Assembly (NCBI GenBank): GCA_964565195.1
Contig: CAZMCQ010000001.1
Coordinates: 61,153 to 125,152, forward strand
Length of the DNA stretch: 64,000 nucleotides
Reading direction: 5' to 3'
Origin: an uncultured Candidatus Saccharibacteria bacterium
GTDB taxonomy: Bacteria > Patescibacteriota > Doudnabacteria > UBA920 > 2-01-FULL-46-14
The notes beneath the pieces were generated by a model. That model did not search any database, had not been told where the DNA came from, and was given only the letters and a program-made list of their open reading frames with translations. Numbering within the stretch: position 1 is the first letter of the stretch; every line of letters begins with the position of its first letter. Shown here piece after piece: positions 8,000 through 16,557 of the stretch. The position numbers and the translations under genes were made by a program.

Positions 8000-9124
8000 T
8001 TAAAAGGGTATCAAGCGCCGCGCGGCCGTGATTTTCTCTTGAGCGAGCTTTAAAGCCACGGCCCGGGGATTTTTCTTTTGCCGCAGGGCCCGCTTGAGTA
8101 CCATGGTGGTGCTGGATTTAATTTTTTTCTCCACCAGCTCCAGCATCCGTTTCGGATTGTAACCCCGATACTCGGCGTATGAGGAAATCACTCCCCCGGC
8201 ATTGGCCACGAAATCAGGGACAACGAGGATGCCTTTTTTGTGTAGTTCTTTTTCAATCTCTTCCGTCATGGGGATATTACCCGCCTCCACGATAATTTTG
8301 GCTTTGATTTTATTTTTATTGGATTTATTGATGACGTCTGTAACAGAAGCGGGAATGAGAATATCAGCATCGAGCTGCCAAAAATCTTCCGGCTTGATTC
8401 TGAATTTTTTAGGATATTTATCGAGAGCATCCGTTTTTTTAAGGCCAGCCGGAGAATAAACAGTGTATTTCCTGTCTGCCAGTGCCACAACTTTGGCCCC
8501 CAACCCGCTGAGATATTGATAAGTGAAAGTGCCGACATTACCAAAGCCGTGAATAGCGAGGCGCGCGCCCGATAAATCTACACCGGCCATCCGGGCGGCA
8601 ATGCGGGTGGCCACGGCCACGCCAAACCCCGTGCTGCCAAACTCGTGCGGAATTCCGCACCGCTCGCCCGGTTTGCCGAAAATCTTCATGCAGAGATTGG
8701 CGGGCTTGCCAGTGGCGCTCCGCCAGTCGTTTGTCGCTTCCACAAACCACTGCATTTCCCGCTCGCCAGTATTCACGTCAGGGCCGGCGATGTATTTTTT
8801 TGGGGTGAATAATTTTACCGCCCGGGCAAAACTCTGGATAAACTGCTTTTTTAATCTATCTGAACCGCCCCGCCAGATAATGCCGGCCTTGGCCCCGCCA
8901 AAAGGAATCCCAGCCAAAGCGTTTTTCCAAGTCATGGTCCGGGCAAGCCGAGCGACTTCCTCAACACTCACATCAGGCGTCATGCGAATCCCTCCCTTGC
9001 CCGCCCCAAGTACCGTGTTATCAATTACCAAAAAACCCTGCATGCCAACTCGCGGGTCATACACTTCAAGAATGTATTCCGGCCCAAATTTATCCATACT
9101 AAAATCCCAGCTTTTCTTTAACAA
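8000..9124 (-). CDS. Glu/Leu/Phe/Val-family amino acid dehydrogenase
   Basis: Contains GAGKGGIRM...GIPFGGAKAGI, the family's glycine-rich active-site region. 374 aa. Start may be the second Met, which would remove the overlap with the LUD gene. Confidence 0.8.
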   Translation of the reverse strand: MLKKSWDFSMDKFGPEYILEVYDPRVGMQGFLVIDNTVLGAGKGGIRMTPDVSVEEVARLARTMTWKNALAGIPFGGAKAGIIWRGGSDRLKKQFIQSFARAVKLFTPKKYIAGPDVNTGEREMQWFVEATNDWRSATGKPANLCMKIFGKPGERCGIPHEFGSTGFGVAVATRIAARMAGVDLSGARLAIHGFGNVGTFTYQYLSGLGAKVVALADRKYTVYSPAGLKKTDALDKYPKKFRIKPEDFWQLDADILIPASVTDVINKSNKNKIKAKIIVEAGNIPMTEEIEKELHKKGILVVPDFVANAGGVISSYAEYRGYNPKRMLELVEKKIKSSTTMVLKRALRQKKNPRAVALKLAQEKITAARRLIPF

Positions 9125-9719
9125 TAATCATAGTGATTCGCCCTTTGACCAACTCTTTATTTACAATCAGAATCTTACTGACATTGCTGCTCATGCCATA
9201 GGCCTTTTTCGCGCGCTCATTCTCCAAAGGCAGGGAGTATTCATAGAGACGCCGCAGGCCCTCTTCCAGATTCTTTACCAGCTTCTGCGCGCCAACTATC
9301 CAGATGACATGGCCCGCGCCATAGGCATAAGCCGGCAGCTGGCTGCCGGTGTTGGAAGCCACGAGAACCTGGCCGTCTTCGGTCACGGCATGGACACTGC
9401 CGAAAACCCATTCGGGCGCTGCCCCAATTTTCTGCATCTCCGGCCCTTGGGTTTTGCGGTCCATCTGGTTTAATTTGTTTCGCACGGAATTAAATCTGCC
9501 GGACTCCAAAATTTCTTTAACAACACTCAAACTCTCCAGCGTCATTGAGGTCATGTTCATAATTTCCGCGCCTTCGGGAATGATCTCGAACGCCTTTCGC
9601 TTTGCCGCTTCACTATTCTGAACGGCAACAGCTTCAATCCCATTGTCTTTCAATGCGGCAATGGTTTTTTGAATGGTCTCATCGCTCGCCAGCTGCCCGA
9701 ATTTTTCGTTTAGCTTCAT
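9099..9719 (-). CDS. LUD-domain protein (LutC/YkgG-like, DUF162)
   Basis: About 200 aa with the LUD-domain pattern (VTEDGQVLVASNTGSQ...AGHVIWIVGAQKLV). Confidence 0.7.
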   Translation of the reverse strand: MKLNEKFGQLASDETIQKTIAALKDNGIEAVAVQNSEAAKRKAFEIIPEGAEIMNMTSMTLESLSVVKEILESGRFNSVRNKLNQMDRKTQGPEMQKIGAAPEWVFGSVHAVTEDGQVLVASNTGSQLPAYAYGAGHVIWIVGAQKLVKNLEEGLRRLYEYSLPLENERAKKAYGMSSNVSKILIVNKELVKGRITMIIVKEKLGF

Positions 9720-9949
9720 GATTTTAGCGCCTCTTCAATTTTATCTTTCTGAAATCCCACAATAATCGTGCCGTTGATATCAATCACTGGCACGGCAAAC
9801 ATTCCGGATTTTTTAATCATTTCTTCCTGCAATGCCGCGTCGTTGGTCACATCTTTCTCCTCGTATTCTACGCCTTTTTCCTGAAAATATTGTTTAGTCA
9901 TTTTGCAAAACGGGCAAGTGATGGTGGTGTAGATAATTAGCTTAGTCAT
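9716..9949 (-). CDS. Glutaredoxin-like protein (CPFC active site)
   Basis: 77 aa, MTKLIIYTTITCPFCKMTKQYF ... FAVPVIDINGTIIVGF is the Grx/NrdH fold signature. Confidence 0.8.
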   Translation of the reverse strand: MTKLIIYTTITCPFCKMTKQYFQEKGVEYEEKDVTNDAALQEEMIKKSGMFAVPVIDINGTIIVGFQKDKIEEALKS

Positions 9950-9984
9950 GTTTTTGCTCCTTTCTTTTAATAATAAATTAAAAT

Positions 9985-10977
9985 CTATTTAGTGCCTGCC
10001 TCAACCGCCACCGGGCGGAAATGCAGTTGGCAAAGCTGGCCGTGGATCTGATGGTCCTCATAGGCAGACGTGGCTGCCACGGCACCCATGGCCGCGGCCG
10101 TGATATCCTGCTTGAACCGGCCGAAATGATTGACCGTATCGCCGGCAGCGAACACGCCGTCAATATTGGTGCGCATCATATTATCCACTTTCATGTACCC
10201 TGCTTCATCCAGTTCAATCCCAAGATTCCTGGCTAACTCCACATTAGGCTTGGCGCCAATCTCCACGAACAGCCCGTCAACCTTAAGCTCTGTTGAATCT
10301 TGGTGGGGTTTAGACAGTACTACTTTTTCCAAAAATTTTTCACCGACCAGCTCTTTCATCTCGGTTTCCAGGAGCAGTTCCACTTTATCCCCCAGTTTTT
10401 GCATCTGCTCCAAATTGACCGGCTCGGCTGTAACTTGCTTGCCTCTGACGATCAGATATATTTTTTTGGCGTATTGGGCTGCAAGGTTCACCCCCTTGAT
10501 CGAGGCGTCCCCGCCGCCGACCATGGCAATAGTCTTGCCGGTAAACAGCGGCCCGTCGCAGGTTACGCAATAGTGCACGCCCCGGCCGGTGAGTTCCGCT
10601 TCGCGCGACAGTCCTAGTTTCCGCCGCTCGGTGCCCATCGCGAAAATGATGCTGTTGGCCAGATATGCTTCGCTGCCAGCCTTAATTTCAAAACAATGTT
10701 CCGCGCGCTTGATTGCTTTGACCTCATCATCAATCACTTTCACTCCCAAATTCTCAGACTGCTTTTTCATGAGTTCCATGAGTTCAAAGCCGTCTATAGA
10801 CTCAAAGCCCGGAAAATTTTCAATCTTGCCCGCCTTGGCGGTTTCCCCGCCGAATTCCCGCCCGATTACCAAAACATTCAGCCGGTAGCGACCGGCGTAA
10901 ACAGAGGCCCCAAGGCCCGCTGCTCCGGAGCCGATAATCACTAGGTCATAAATTGTAGGATCAAGATTCTTGTTCAT
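9985..10977 (-). CDS. trxB: Thioredoxin-disulfide reductase
   Basis: FAD site YDLVIIGSGAAG, redox-active CVTCDG and an NADPH site. 330 aa with an unusual ~25-aa C-terminal extension. Confidence 0.9.
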   Translation of the reverse strand: MNKNLDPTIYDLVIIGSGAAGLGASVYAGRYRLNVLVIGREFGGETAKAGKIENFPGFESIDGFELMELMKKQSENLGVKVIDDEVKAIKRAEHCFEIKAGSEAYLANSIIFAMGTERRKLGLSREAELTGRGVHYCVTCDGPLFTGKTIAMVGGGDASIKGVNLAAQYAKKIYLIVRGKQVTAEPVNLEQMQKLGDKVELLLETEMKELVGEKFLEKVVLSKPHQDSTELKVDGLFVEIGAKPNVELARNLGIELDEAGYMKVDNMMRTNIDGVFAAGDTVNHFGRFKQDITAAAMGAVAATSAYEDHQIHGQLCQLHFRPVAVEAGTK

Positions 10978-11031
10978 AATTTTTCCCTATTTCGGGTCCG
11001 GACCTGCCCGAACAGGCAGGCCCGCCACAAC

Positions 11032-11166
11032 TTACATTCCGCAACCACAGGCACATCTGCTGCCTTTGTGCTCATCATGACCGCACATTTCGCACTTATT
11101 CCCATGCTTATCATGGTCATCATGCCCCTCATGCGCACGGTCATGTTTGTCATCATGGTGCATCAT
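11032..11166 (-). CDS. Histidine/aspartate-rich, Cys-terminated micro-peptide (44 aa; Hpn-like putative metal-binding peptide)
   Basis: Manual translation gives MMHHDDKHDRAHEGHDDHDKHGNKCEMCGHDEHKGSRCACGCGM. SD AAGGAG lies 9 nt upstream of the ATG at 11166, and a stem-loop follows the stop. It is not in the ORF track. Track ORFs 10974..11156(-) and 11068..11373(+) are other frames or the mirror strand of the same CAT/ATG-rich DNA. Confidence 0.5.
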   Translation of the reverse strand: MMHHDDKHDRAHEGHDDHDKHGNKCEMCGHDEHKGSRCACGCGM

Positions 11167-11191
11167 TTTGGAAGTCTCCTTAAATTAATTA

Positions 11192-11548
11192 TTAGGACTG
11201 ACCTTTTATTATTTTACCAAGCCGCATGGGCATTGCAACTAAAGCCACAAGAATCCCGAAAAGCAGGACAAAGATTCCCGTCAAAATTTTCCCCACCCCC
11301 ACAAGTTTCAGGCGCAACAATTCCGAAGGAAAGTTTTGGATTTGCACCAGATCCTTGTTCAGTACGGAGTTAGTTTCGGCCCCGTCGCGGATCGCCTTAC
11401 TTTGTGAGAAGTAAGAATTCTGTAGCTGATGGAATTTCGTTTCCTCAACCGCTACCTGCCGGTGCATGCTGATTCCGGAAAATGCATATCCGAAAGCGAC
11501 TATCACAATGACTGACATTAGAATCATCATCGGCATCATCTGTTTCAT
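11192..11548 (-). CDS. Small membrane protein (2 TM), hypothetical
   Basis: 118 aa with GGGGGTGAG as SD upstream of the ATG at 11548. Lies between the grx-like gene and the His-rich peptide. Confidence 0.6.
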   Translation of the reverse strand: MKQMMPMMILMSVIVIVAFGYAFSGISMHRQVAVEETKFHQLQNSYFSQSKAIRDGAETNSVLNKDLVQIQNFPSELLRLKLVGVGKILTGIFVLLFGILVALVAMPMRLGKIIKGQS

Positions 11549-11576
11549 GTAAACTCACCCCCTTTCTCGATTTGTT

Positions 11577-11813
11577 TTAATTAACTCCCGCTAACTGCGC
11601 GATCCGGTGCTTATCAAAGCCGATCACGATCTCGCCGTCAATCTCAATCACCGGCACGCCCATTTGCCCGGATTTATTGACCATTTCCTCTACAAAGTCG
11701 TGATTGGTGGTCACGTCCTTTTCCTCGTAAGAAAGGCCATGCTCGCGAAAAAAATTCTTGGCCATGCGGCAAAACGAGCAGGTTGGAGTCGTGTAGATAG
11801 TAATTTTCGGCAT
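11577..11813 (-). CDS. Glutaredoxin-like protein (CSFC active site)
   Basis: MPKITIYTTPTCSFCRMAKNFF. Start moved to the Met at 11813, which has AAAGGA 9 nt upstream. The track start at 11849 lacks an SD. Confidence 0.75.
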   Translation of the reverse strand: MPKITIYTTPTCSFCRMAKNFFREHGLSYEEKDVTTNHDFVEEMVNKSGQMGVPVIEIDGEIVIGFDKHRIAQLAGVN

Positions 11814-11958
11814 ATTGCTTGTCCTTTCGATTAATGTTTCTGCTGACATTATACCGGGCCTTAAAAATAGTTACTGTAATCTAGTTCACAAGGTTTTACG
11901 AAAATAAAAAACCGCCTTGAGAGTTAATCGAAAGGCGGATTGAAAGCTTTCAGCTTGA

Positions 11959-12675
11959 TTACATTGGTTTTGCCAACTGGATGCAGTCCATGCAATCGTT
12001 TAAAATTTTGTTGCGATTGAGGCGCAGTACCCGGCCGGCCTGATAAGAAACAAAGCCTTCCGCCTCGAGAAAATTTAGGGTCTTGGTTACGGTTTCCCGC
12101 GTCAGCCCCGTCATCTCGGCAAGGGCCTGGTGAGTGAGCCGGTCCCCGATTTCATAAACCCCGTCGCTGTCCCGGCCGTGCAAGGCGGCGTAACGAATCA
12201 GTTCATTGATAACCCGAGTTTGGGCTGACGACAGGGCCAAATCTTTAATCTTGCTCTCGGTCTGATGCAAGCGGTTGCGCAAGGTCACCAGCATTACCAT
12301 GGCCAATACAGGAAACTTTTGCAGAAGCCGGTTTAGATCATCGGCCATAATAACGCATGCCTTGGTCGGCTGGGTGGCCTGCGCGTAGTTTTCCGAAGGA
12401 AGGATGGCGGCATCCTTGACAAACGACAGGTCGCCAAAAAAATCCCCGGGCCCAAGCACCTGGATGACGACCTTTTCCCCGCCCTGGGACCGATAGAGCC
12501 GAACTTGGCCAGAGAGTGCCAAATAAACCCGGCCATTCTTGTCGCCTGGAAAATAAATCATCTCTCCCTTGCCAAAGGAACGGTCAATACAAGACTGACC
12601 AAACTCTTGGAGCGCTTCTGAAGGCAAACCCCGAAACACAGGCAAACTGTTTATTTGGGCAAATTGCGCAGTCAT
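11959..12675 (-). CDS. Crp/Fnr-family transcriptional regulator
   Basis: cNMP-binding beta-barrel (FFGDLSF) plus C-terminal HTH (LTHQALAEMTGLTRETVTKTLNFLE). 238 aa. First gene of the redox operon. Confidence 0.85.
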   Translation of the reverse strand: MTAQFAQINSLPVFRGLPSEALQEFGQSCIDRSFGKGEMIYFPGDKNGRVYLALSGQVRLYRSQGGEKVVIQVLGPGDFFGDLSFVKDAAILPSENYAQATQPTKACVIMADDLNRLLQKFPVLAMVMLVTLRNRLHQTESKIKDLALSSAQTRVINELIRYAALHGRDSDGVYEIGDRLTHQALAEMTGLTRETVTKTLNFLEAEGFVSYQAGRVLRLNRNKILNDCMDCIQLAKPM

Positions 12676-12681
12676 GTTTAT

Positions 12682-13175
12682 TTACCCGCAGCAGGACTTG
12701 TCATCCTGGTGGCCGATAATTTCCCCTTTGGTGGCAAACTTGATTCCTTCGGCAAACGAGGGATGAAACACCAGGATTGGATCAATCTCTTTCCTGGTCA
12801 TTTTGGCCTTGACGCGACACTGGGCGAGATAAATTTCGCCACACCGTCAAACAGCTTTACTCCCCAGTCTTCCATAGATTCTCTACGCAGGCCGCCCAGT
12901 CTTTTGATCACTGCTTCTTTGTACTGCATCGCTTTGCTGAAATCAAAGTGCTTTTGCACTGAAAATCCGTACTTCTCTGACCTATCCATCTCTGCCGCGA
13001 GATGAGCTATCTGGTAAAGTGCTTTCTTTGGTATGCAGCCAAAATTAAGACACGTCCCCCCAAGCTCCGTGCCGATTACCGCGGCAGTGCTTTTTTTAAG
13101 CGTTTGGGCCGCCGCCCGCATGGCCGGAATACCGGCCATACCCGAGCCTAAAACCAGAACTTCAAACTTTTTCAT
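12682..13175 (-). pseudogene. Remnant of a mercuric-reductase-like (MerA-type) pyridine nucleotide-disulfide oxidoreductase with a ~300-aa internal deletion and frameshift
   Basis: The N-terminal 125 aa (MKKFEVLVLGSGMAG...ELGGTCLNFGCIPKKAL...) match the FAD/redox-active-disulfide region. A -1 frame then encodes ...EIDPILVFHPSFAEGIKFATKGEIIGHQDDKSCCG* ending 7 nt before crp. That matches the MerA C-terminal dimerisation motif and vicinal Cys pair. A full gene needs ~1.4 kb and only ~0.5 kb is present. Confidence 0.5.
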
Positions 13176-13194
13176 ATCGTTTGAATAATAATTA

Positions 13195-14802
13195 TTAAAA
13201 ACTAAGTACGTATCCTTCGTAGGGCCTAAGAACAAAACTGCCGGTATCGACTTTTTTGCCAAACTCCGTATCCATAAAAGTATTGCAGATTACTTCGGCT
13301 GTTCCTGAACGAAGAGAAATATTTTGCTCCGCGGCGGAAAAGTTCGCCACCACCAAAATTTTTTCTGCCGGACACCGGCGAACATACGCAAATACCTCGC
13401 CAGTAACGTCAATCGAATGATAGCTGCCTACCAGCAAAGCCGGTGACTTTTTACGATAATGAATTAAGCGACGGAATAAACTTAGCGTAGAGCGGGGGTC
13501 CTTCATCTCGGTTTCAACGTTGCGGGCCTTGTAATCCGAGGCGACCGGAAGCCAAGGCTTGCCCTGGGAAAATCCGGCTTGTTCGCTTGAGTCCCACTGC
13601 ATGGGGGTTCGCTCCCCGTCCCGCCCCAGCCCGAATCCCGGCACCCTCTTGCCCCAGGGGTCAAGCATCTTCTCCTTGGGAATATCAACGTTTTCCATGC
13701 CCAGTTCGTCGCCGTAATAAACAAACGGCATACCGCGCAGAGTCAGCATGATCATGGCCAGAAGACGCGCCCGATCTTGGCCGAGTCGGCTGGCCACGCG
13801 TTGCCGATCGTGATTACTTACTACGTAGTTTGGCCATTTTTCCGGCGGCAGAGAAGCGTCAAATTGATCAATAAATTTTTTGAACCCTACGGCCGCCCAG
13901 GGAATCGTCATGAGGTTAAAATTAATGGGGGCATGGAGATTGTCGTCGCAGGCCCGGTACATTTTCCCAAGTTCCGGCAGATCAAGGTACGCCTCGGATA
14001 CCATGAACTTGTTTTGGTGCAGGTCCAAAACCTCACAAAACGACTTCAGGTTTTCAAGAGTTTCGGACTGGCCCATGCTGTTCTGGTGCAGCAGAGAATA
14101 ATAAGGATCCATTTTACCGGGTTCATAATTCGGGTTGGGCGGATCGTCCCGGAACTGCGCGTCCTTGACCAGATGATAGACCGCATCAGTGCGAAACCCG
14201 TCCACTTTGCGATGCAGCCAGAAATGTAACACCTTCAGCATTTCCTCTTTCACTTCCGGATTGCGCCAGTTCAAATCCGGCTGTTCGGGTAAAAAGCTAT
14301 GGTAATAGTACTGTTTTGTTTTCTCGTCCAATGTCCAGGCTGGTCCCCCAAACACCGAGAGCCAGTTGTTTGGCGGCGAACCGTCGGATTTTGGATCGCG
14401 CCAGATATACCAATCGCGTTTCGAACTCGTGCGCGAAGCGCGGGATTCCAAAAACCAGGAATGCAGGTTTGAAGTGTGATTGGGAACAAAGTCCATAACC
14501 ACCTTGATACCTCGCCGGTGGGCCTCGGATACGAGTTTGTCAAAGCTGGCCAGGTCACCGAAAGCAGGATCAATGTCACGGTAATCGGATATATCATAAC
14601 CAAAATCAGCCATTGGCGATTTGTAAATTGGGGAGAGCCAAATCGCGTTAACCCCCAGGGACTGGTCGGTTCCGTCGTTTAGATAATCAAGTTTCTGGAT
14701 AATGCCCTCAATATCCCCCTTCCCGTCGCCATTTGAATCCATAAAGCTCAAGGGGTAAATATGATACACTACTGCCTGTCTTGACCAATTTTTCTCGATC
14801 AT
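13195..14802 (-). CDS. GH13 alpha-glucosidase (oligo-1,6-glucosidase / trehalose-6-phosphate hydrolase family)
   Basis: AVVYHIYPLSFMDSNGDGKGDIEGI, GVNAIWLSPIY and GIKVVMDFVPNHTS are hallmark GH13 regions. 535 aa. Confidence 0.9.
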   Translation of the reverse strand: MIEKNWSRQAVVYHIYPLSFMDSNGDGKGDIEGIIQKLDYLNDGTDQSLGVNAIWLSPIYKSPMADFGYDISDYRDIDPAFGDLASFDKLVSEAHRRGIKVVMDFVPNHTSNLHSWFLESRASRTSSKRDWYIWRDPKSDGSPPNNWLSVFGGPAWTLDEKTKQYYYHSFLPEQPDLNWRNPEVKEEMLKVLHFWLHRKVDGFRTDAVYHLVKDAQFRDDPPNPNYEPGKMDPYYSLLHQNSMGQSETLENLKSFCEVLDLHQNKFMVSEAYLDLPELGKMYRACDDNLHAPINFNLMTIPWAAVGFKKFIDQFDASLPPEKWPNYVVSNHDRQRVASRLGQDRARLLAMIMLTLRGMPFVYYGDELGMENVDIPKEKMLDPWGKRVPGFGLGRDGERTPMQWDSSEQAGFSQGKPWLPVASDYKARNVETEMKDPRSTLSLFRRLIHYRKKSPALLVGSYHSIDVTGEVFAYVRRCPAEKILVVANFSAAEQNISLRSGTAEVICNTFMDTEFGKKVDTGSFVLRPYEGYVLSF

Positions 14803-14830
14803 AGGACGATAAATCCAAAAAGTGTCAGGT

Positions 14831-15211
14831 TCATCCTGTTTTTCCGAAAAGTCGTTTATTGTAAATAACGGCGGTAATGACGAGAAGCGCTCCCGGCCCC
14901 CAAATCTGCCAGGCGCCCCAGGTACTTACAAATACATAGCGACCAACATAAAGAAGTATCGCACCACTGAGCAATAATATAAGCGGTTTCGGATTTTTGT
15001 GAGCTCGATAGTCAAACAGAAACCCAATGGCTCCGACAGTAATTAACCCAAAGGCTAGCCACCGCCAAACAGGAATCAAAGCGCCCAGTCCAAGGTATGT
15101 CAAAAGCGAGGCCGAGCCAATCCAGCAAAGCGGGCAGGCGCCAACCGCGCCCGCGCCGAGAATCGGGGCAAGCCATGTGGGAATGTTCGGCCTATGCGAG
15201 GCTTGTGTCAT
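14831..15211 (-). CDS. Small integral membrane protein with intramembrane CPLC motif (putative thiol-based metal transporter, MerT/MerC-like class)
   Basis: 126 aa, about 4 TM, GAVGACPLCWIG in TM1. Its start overlaps the upstream stop as TAATG. Family assignment is an inference. Confidence 0.55.
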   Translation of the reverse strand: MTQASHRPNIPTWLAPILGAGAVGACPLCWIGSASLLTYLGLGALIPVWRWLAFGLITVGAIGFLFDYRAHKNPKPLILLLSGAILLYVGRYVFVSTWGAWQIWGPGALLVITAVIYNKRLFGKTG

Positions 15212-15369
15212 TAACTTTGCACCGCGTGCTTAATGATGTCTAAATTGCAGCTTTTGTGTTCAGCGCACCATGTTTCGCATCTCTCTGCGGTTTCCTGGTC
15301 AGTGTAAAGCAAGCCGCACTCCTCGCACTGGCATAATGATTTATTGTTTTTTTCAATTATTTTTACCAT
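15211..15369 (-). CDS. Cys-rich micro-protein (52 aa, CQCEEC...C...WC...C)
   Basis: MVKIIEKNNKSLCQCEECGLLYTDQETAERCETWCAEHKSCN... Start set at the Met 4 nt after the arsR stop. Translationally coupled to the downstream membrane gene. Confidence 0.5.
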   Translation of the reverse strand: MVKIIEKNNKSLCQCEECGLLYTDQETAERCETWCAEHKSCNLDIIKHAVQS

Positions 15370-15373
15370 GGCT

Positions 15374-15682
15374 TTATGGTAAACTTTGCTTAATAATCTT
15401 ATTAAAATCCGTATCCTTGAGTCTGTAAAACACCTGGCGGAAACTCCTTCTCGCCTCCACAATCTCGTTTTGTTTAAGCTTTTTCAAAGAATGGGACACC
15501 GCGGAAACAGAAACCCCTAGAAGCTCGGCAATCCCGCTGACTGACAATTCTGGATAATGATGCAGCAACCAGCAGATTTTCATGCGGGTGGGATCACCGA
15601 CTATCCCAAACCGACAAGCGCACTCCTCAATAGCCTTGTTGTCTCTAAGCTGTTTTTTTATAATCCTCTTGTCTTTTCTCAT
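15374..15682 (-). CDS. ArsR/SmtB-family metalloregulator
   Basis: HTH region ICWLLHHYPELSVSGIAELLGVSVSAVSHSLKKL. 102 aa. Confidence 0.85.
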   Translation of the reverse strand: MRKDKRIIKKQLRDNKAIEECACRFGIVGDPTRMKICWLLHHYPELSVSGIAELLGVSVSAVSHSLKKLKQNEIVEARRSFRQVFYRLKDTDFNKIIKQSLP

Positions 15683-15727
15683 TTGAACGTCTATTCAAAT
15701 GATAAACTAGGCCTTAATCTTTGTCAA
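15683..15727 (-). promoter_or_regulatory. Promoter (TTGACA-17-TATCAT) with palindromic operator TTGAACGTCTATTCAA abutting the arsR start codon
   Basis: Perfect inverted repeat TTGAA-N6-TTCAA at 15683-15698, immediately 5' of the ATG. The -35/-10 elements sit just upstream on the minus strand. A related TTCAA-N7-TTCAA motif lies before the second arsR at 23591-23622. Confidence 0.45.
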
Positions 15728-15778
15728 ACAAAAGAGAAGGGCCACCTATGAGATTAGCTCAGGGTGGCCCACTGACAT

Positions 15779-16528
15779 TCATTTTTGGACAACTTGGCGG
15801 AAAAATTCTTCCCGAATTCTGGCTTTCTCGTGGACGAGGCGCGCGCGGCAGAGATTACCATCCGTAATCCCCAACCTCACCACTACCGCGTCAAAGATGG
15901 CATCCAGCGCGTCCTTTTGCGCCGAAGCGGCCTTCTCGCAAGTGGCGCCTACAAACATTTCCGGCCTGATCTTGAGGACAATAGGCAAAGCTACCTCATC
16001 CTCAAGTTCGGTGTCAGTCTGGCATAGAAGGCCGATAGTGAATGCGCCACGAGAGCTGGCTTCATCCGCAACTCCCAGCATGTAGGGCGTGCGTCCCGTT
16101 GCAGAGATACAGATTACCACGTCATGCTCGGTGATTCCCAAGGCCGCTGCATCTTTCCTTCCCTCATCTGGATCATCCTCCAGCTCCTCGCATCCCAGCG
16201 GCTCGAAAATGCGGGGACCGCCTGTTACGTGATAGGTAAACTGCTTGGGATCAATGTCACGATGATTTTGCGGCAATTCCCGCATCACAGACATGCCCGC
16301 CACACCACTGCCGCCGGCGCCGATGGTGATAATCTTACCGCCTTTTTTTGCGCGGTCTACAATCACATCAGCCGCGGCCTCGAGCCTCGGCAAAGCCTTT
16401 TTTAAGGCCTCGTAAATCCTGATAGTCTCATTAACCCGATGCTCAATGATCTGCCAGGTGGTCCAGTCCGCAATACCCACTGTCTCCGGATTGAATTCCT
16501 TTTCCGGTGTCCATTTCTTTTCAGTCAT
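15779..16528 (-). CDS. SIS-domain protein (MurQ / GckR-like sugar phosphate isomerase-binding family)
   Basis: GAGGSGVAG...DVVICISATGRTPY are SIS motifs. Start set at the Met at 16528, which has AAGGAGG 8 nt upstream. Confidence 0.7.
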   Translation of the reverse strand: MTEKKWTPEKEFNPETVGIADWTTWQIIEHRVNETIRIYEALKKALPRLEAAADVIVDRAKKGGKIITIGAGGSGVAGMSVMRELPQNHRDIDPKQFTYHVTGGPRIFEPLGCEELEDDPDEGRKDAAALGITEHDVVICISATGRTPYMLGVADEASSRGAFTIGLLCQTDTELEDEVALPIVLKIRPEMFVGATCEKAASAQKDALDAIFDAVVVRLGITDGNLCRARLVHEKARIREEFFRQVVQK

Positions 16529-16557
16529 TTGTATTTCCTCCTTGTTCTCTTTTAAGT

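Noticed and set aside
10974-11373. Track ORFs 10974..11156 (-) Met-rich and 11068..11373 (+) Met/Ile-rich
   Set aside because: Both are alternative frame or mirror-strand readings of the CAT/ATG-rich DNA that encodes the His-rich peptide. Neither has an SD, and the plus-strand ORF overlaps the membrane-protein gene on the opposite strand.
12655-13005. Track ORF 12655..13005 (+), 116 aa
   Set aside because: It is antisense to the merA-like remnant and the crp start, with no SD and shadow-frame-like composition.
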